A stretch of 64,000 nucleotides of DNA from an uncultured virus (IMG/VR IMGVR_UViG_2684622675_000002) (Duplodnaviria; Heunggongvirae; Uroviricota; Caudoviricetes). Below are positions 61,615 through 64,000 of the stretch, in pieces. Position 1 is the stretch's first letter, and each line of letters begins with the position of its first letter. The position numbers and the translations under genes are program-made. Under the pieces are notes generated by a model. It ran no database searches, was not told the origin of the DNA, and worked only from the letters and a program-made list of their open reading frames with translations. The stretch spans positions 1 to 64,000 of the IMG/VR virus record IMGVR_UViG_2684622675_000002. One strand, given 5' to 3'.

Positions 61615-62642
61615 CTTAAAAGGGAGTTTGAAAGAACTCCCTAATTTATAAATCTTTGAGCAAGACAATGTTGCCGCACTTATAGATGGCTTGAATTGCC
61701 AACGCAAAAGTGGTCTCATCTGGAGGGCACAACTCTATGAATCAACCAATTTTCCAGAATGGACGGGTGCAAATATTTTTTACATTCCAATACTTAACTG
61801 GGTTCTTCGCATGATTTTTGATTACATCATCGGGGTTTACTGATGCATCCGGGATGAAGTCTGCAGGGACCTGAATGGCTTGGCTTCCCGAGGCGACATA
61901 ATAATACTTCCCTGCTTCCGGAATGAGTGACGAATGGGAGTTTCGAATATATCCTCCCCCTTGATTTTTGATCTGCGAAACAGAGTATAGGACATTGGGT
62001 TTTATCTTACTAACGACTACATTACCCTTAGCTTGAAAGATATTTGAGTCAAGTTCATAGCGATCAGACATATCGTAGCAATTGCTTTGGTTGTTGAACG
62101 TGTAAGAACCTAGATAGATGGTGCCTACATTTCCCTCCCTGTTAAGTACATACAACGTCGCAGCATCGCTTCCAGTGTAGTCTTTGTAATCAAGAGGTAA
62201 TACTTTAGCGCACCCTGTAAGCCCCAGAGAGATTGCAGCTACGATGACGGTTTTATTTAATTTCATATCGTCCTTTATTGTGTGTAAGTTCGTTGCCCAT
62301 GTTAAATACAATAATTAGCAGATAGGTGCATTATCGGCTGTATTTGTTTTTTCTTCAATCATATCAATGTCCTTTCTTCGCCGATTGTCAGATTGAGTGG
62401 CTACTAATCCATGTTGCAGCATCAATAATTATTTGAGAGCATCTTTAACGATGACGAACAGAACCAATAGCAGAATAAATCCGATAATCCCTAAAATGAT
62501 GCTGGCATTCTAACCTCAGAACAGAAACGAGAAAGAATCGACAGAATGATGGCAACCAGAAATAAACTGGTACAGCAGGCGGTGGAAAGAGTGAATCCGT
62601 ATTTTAATAAGTAAATTGAAAGGGAGTTTGGAAAGACTCCCT
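61521..62642 (+). repeat. ~122-bp imperfect direct repeats (61521-61642 and 62521-62642)
   Basis: AATAAACTGGTACAGCAGGCGGTGGAAAG.GTGAATCCGTATTTTAATAAGT plus AGGGAG...CTCCCT hairpin in both copies. Confidence 0.9.
61742..62311 (-). CDS. Lipoprotein (probable start at the second Met, MKLNK)
   Basis: Lipobox LTGC. Confidence 0.75.
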   Translation of the reverse strand: MYLTWATNLHTIKDDMKLNKTVIVAAISLGLTGCAKVLPLDYKDYTGSDAATLYVLNREGNVGTIYLGSYTFNNQSNCYDMSDRYELDSNIFQAKGNVVVSKIKPNVLYSVSQIKNQGGGYIRNSHSSLIPEAGKYYYVASGSQAIQVPADFIPDASVNPDDVIKNHAKNPVKYWNVKNICTRPFWKIG

Positions 62643-62726
62643 GATTTGTTAGTTTTTGGGTAAAGTATCTGCAGGAATCATGGCAGCGCGTGTGGTGAGC
62701 TTTATTTTTTTTGAAACGGAGTACCA

Positions 62727-63380
62727 GTGAAGAAAGAAAAAGGTATTTCTAAGTACAAGTTGAATCAAATCGCTACAGAATCTTTGAGGAATACTATCCG
62801 GCTTCACTTTGACTCAGTGCTGCTTTATGAGAACGGATCGTATCCAAGTGCATTTCAACTTTCGGTCTTGGCTCTTGAAGAGTTCTCAAAGGCCAATTGG
62901 GTGGACCACTATATTTGGTCATCTGAAACCAATGGAGGATACCCAGATATTGAATTCGAGCAGGAGTGGTTAAGGCTTCTGTATCTACACCCAAAGAAGC
63001 AATGGAACTTTGTAGCAAGAGAAACAAATGATTACTCTCCAAAGTTTATTTCTCTGATTCAGAACAGAAAGCTAGAAGAAAAAAAGCAAAATGCTATATA
63101 TGTCGGCTTATCGCGCACAAAAGGAAAAATTGATACAGATAGTCGAGTTTCTACCCCTTTGAAAATTAAACAAAAAGATGCTAAGCAGTTTATTTCAATA
63201 ATCAATGATGAGCTACTTAGAATATGCACTCGTATTGAAGATAACGAATATTACTTCGAAGGCGGGGAAAATATGGACGAAGTGTTCGACTATGAGATTT
63301 ATAAAAAACTTTTGAAATGGCCTCACAAGAGTGGAATATATAATAATGGCTGGAGAAAGAAAAACCACCTACGAAACTAA
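62727..63380 (+). CDS. AbiV-family abortive infection protein
   Basis: DSVLLYE...SAFQLSVLALEEFSK; H..KQ; KQNAIYV. Confidence 0.78.
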   Translation: MKKEKGISKYKLNQIATESLRNTIRLHFDSVLLYENGSYPSAFQLSVLALEEFSKANWVDHYIWSSETNGGYPDIEFEQEWLRLLYLHPKKQWNFVARETNDYSPKFISLIQNRKLEEKKQNAIYVGLSRTKGKIDTDSRVSTPLKIKQKDAKQFISIINDELLRICTRIEDNEYYFEGGENMDEVFDYEIYKKLLKWPHKSGIYNNGWRKKNHLRN

Positions 63381-63583
63381 CAAACGCATGCTGCGAGTTG
63401 GTTTTCCGCTGTGCAGCCAAATCAGCTACAAATTAGTGATTTCAAGATAATCGATTGAAATAAAGGTAGATCAGCATTAATTTGAGATGAGTAAAAATCA
63501 TGAAAGAAGACAGGAAAATGTTCGTCGTGCTGACCCCGAGTCTCCTATTGAATTGTTATCCCTCATTAAGGATTTGCATATAA

Positions 63584-64000
63584 ATGGAAAACCCAAAATT
63601 ATTCATTTCTTACAGTTGGTCTAACCCAACCCATGAACAATGGGTGATCGACTTAGCTAACGAGCTAACAGAATCTGGTGTTCATGTAATTCTTGATAAA
63701 TGGGATCTAAAAGAAGGTCATGATTCAGTTGCTTTTATGGAAAAGATGGTTACAGATCCCCAGATAACCAAGGTAGCTATCATATGTGACGAGATATACG
63801 CAACAAAAGCTGATGGTCGTGCTGGAGGTGTAGGTACTGAAACTCAAATCATCTCTCGTGAAGTTTATGAGAATCAAGAACAAGGAAAATTTGTAGCGAT
63901 CATTCCTGAGAGAGATTCCCAGGGTAAAGCATACCTACCGACATATTATAAATCCCGAATATATATTGATTTAAGCGAAGCCGACAGCTATACCGATAAT
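63584..64000 (+). CDS. SEFIR/TIR domain protein (runs off the window; not in ORF track)
   Basis: Manual translation MENPKLFISYSW...WVIDLA..L...GV.VILDKWDLKEG...FME...GGVGTE. Confidence 0.88.
   Translation, partial: MENPKLFISYSWSNPTHEQWVIDLANELTESGVHVILDKWDLKEGHDSVAFMEKMVTDPQITKVAIICDEIYATKADGRAGGVGTETQIISREVYENQEQGKFVAIIPERDSQGKAYLPTYYKSRIYIDLSEADSYTDN

Larger units (their letters stand above)
51542..64000. mobile_element. Degenerate podovirus-like prophage remnant; right end not seen
   Basis: att core and int fragment fused directly to ejection-protein genes; LPD giant protein; defence cargo. Confidence 0.7.

Overview
Enterobacterial chromosome segment, probably Yersinia-like (inferred from yebY/sdsR context and composition). 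After yebY and the sRNA sdsR (ryeB), an apparently intact ~48.8 kb temperate prophage is integrated in the 3' end of sdsR (26-bp att core at 591-616 and 49347-49372). It has lambdoid early genes (int, xis, recombination, DicA/DicC/YdaT-like switch, replication, Q), pinholin/SAR-endolysin/spanin lysis genes, a ParB-like + Mom-like pair and a contractile-tail morphogenesis module. Accessory cargo is rich: Kiwa, RelBE, a HipA-like kinase/DUF3037-like pair, and a right-end cluster of PD-(D/E)XK, HEPN-like and SLATT genes plus an XRE/IrrE pair. Downstream, around two scaffold Ns, lie further att copies, integrase remnants and a deleted podovirus-like remnant (ejection proteins, LPD1/LPD38 giant protein), then AbiV-like and SEFIR/TIR genes. 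Most notable unannotated signals: (i) a family of 24-bp palindromes, often in inverted doublets, at every junction of the right-end cassette cluster; (ii) LexA boxes in front of three separate accessory modules; (iii) an uncharacterised SLATT three-gene operon; (iv) a 16-bp RBS/start linker reused at six early-gene junctions. All family calls come from motif recognition by eye; no searches were run.
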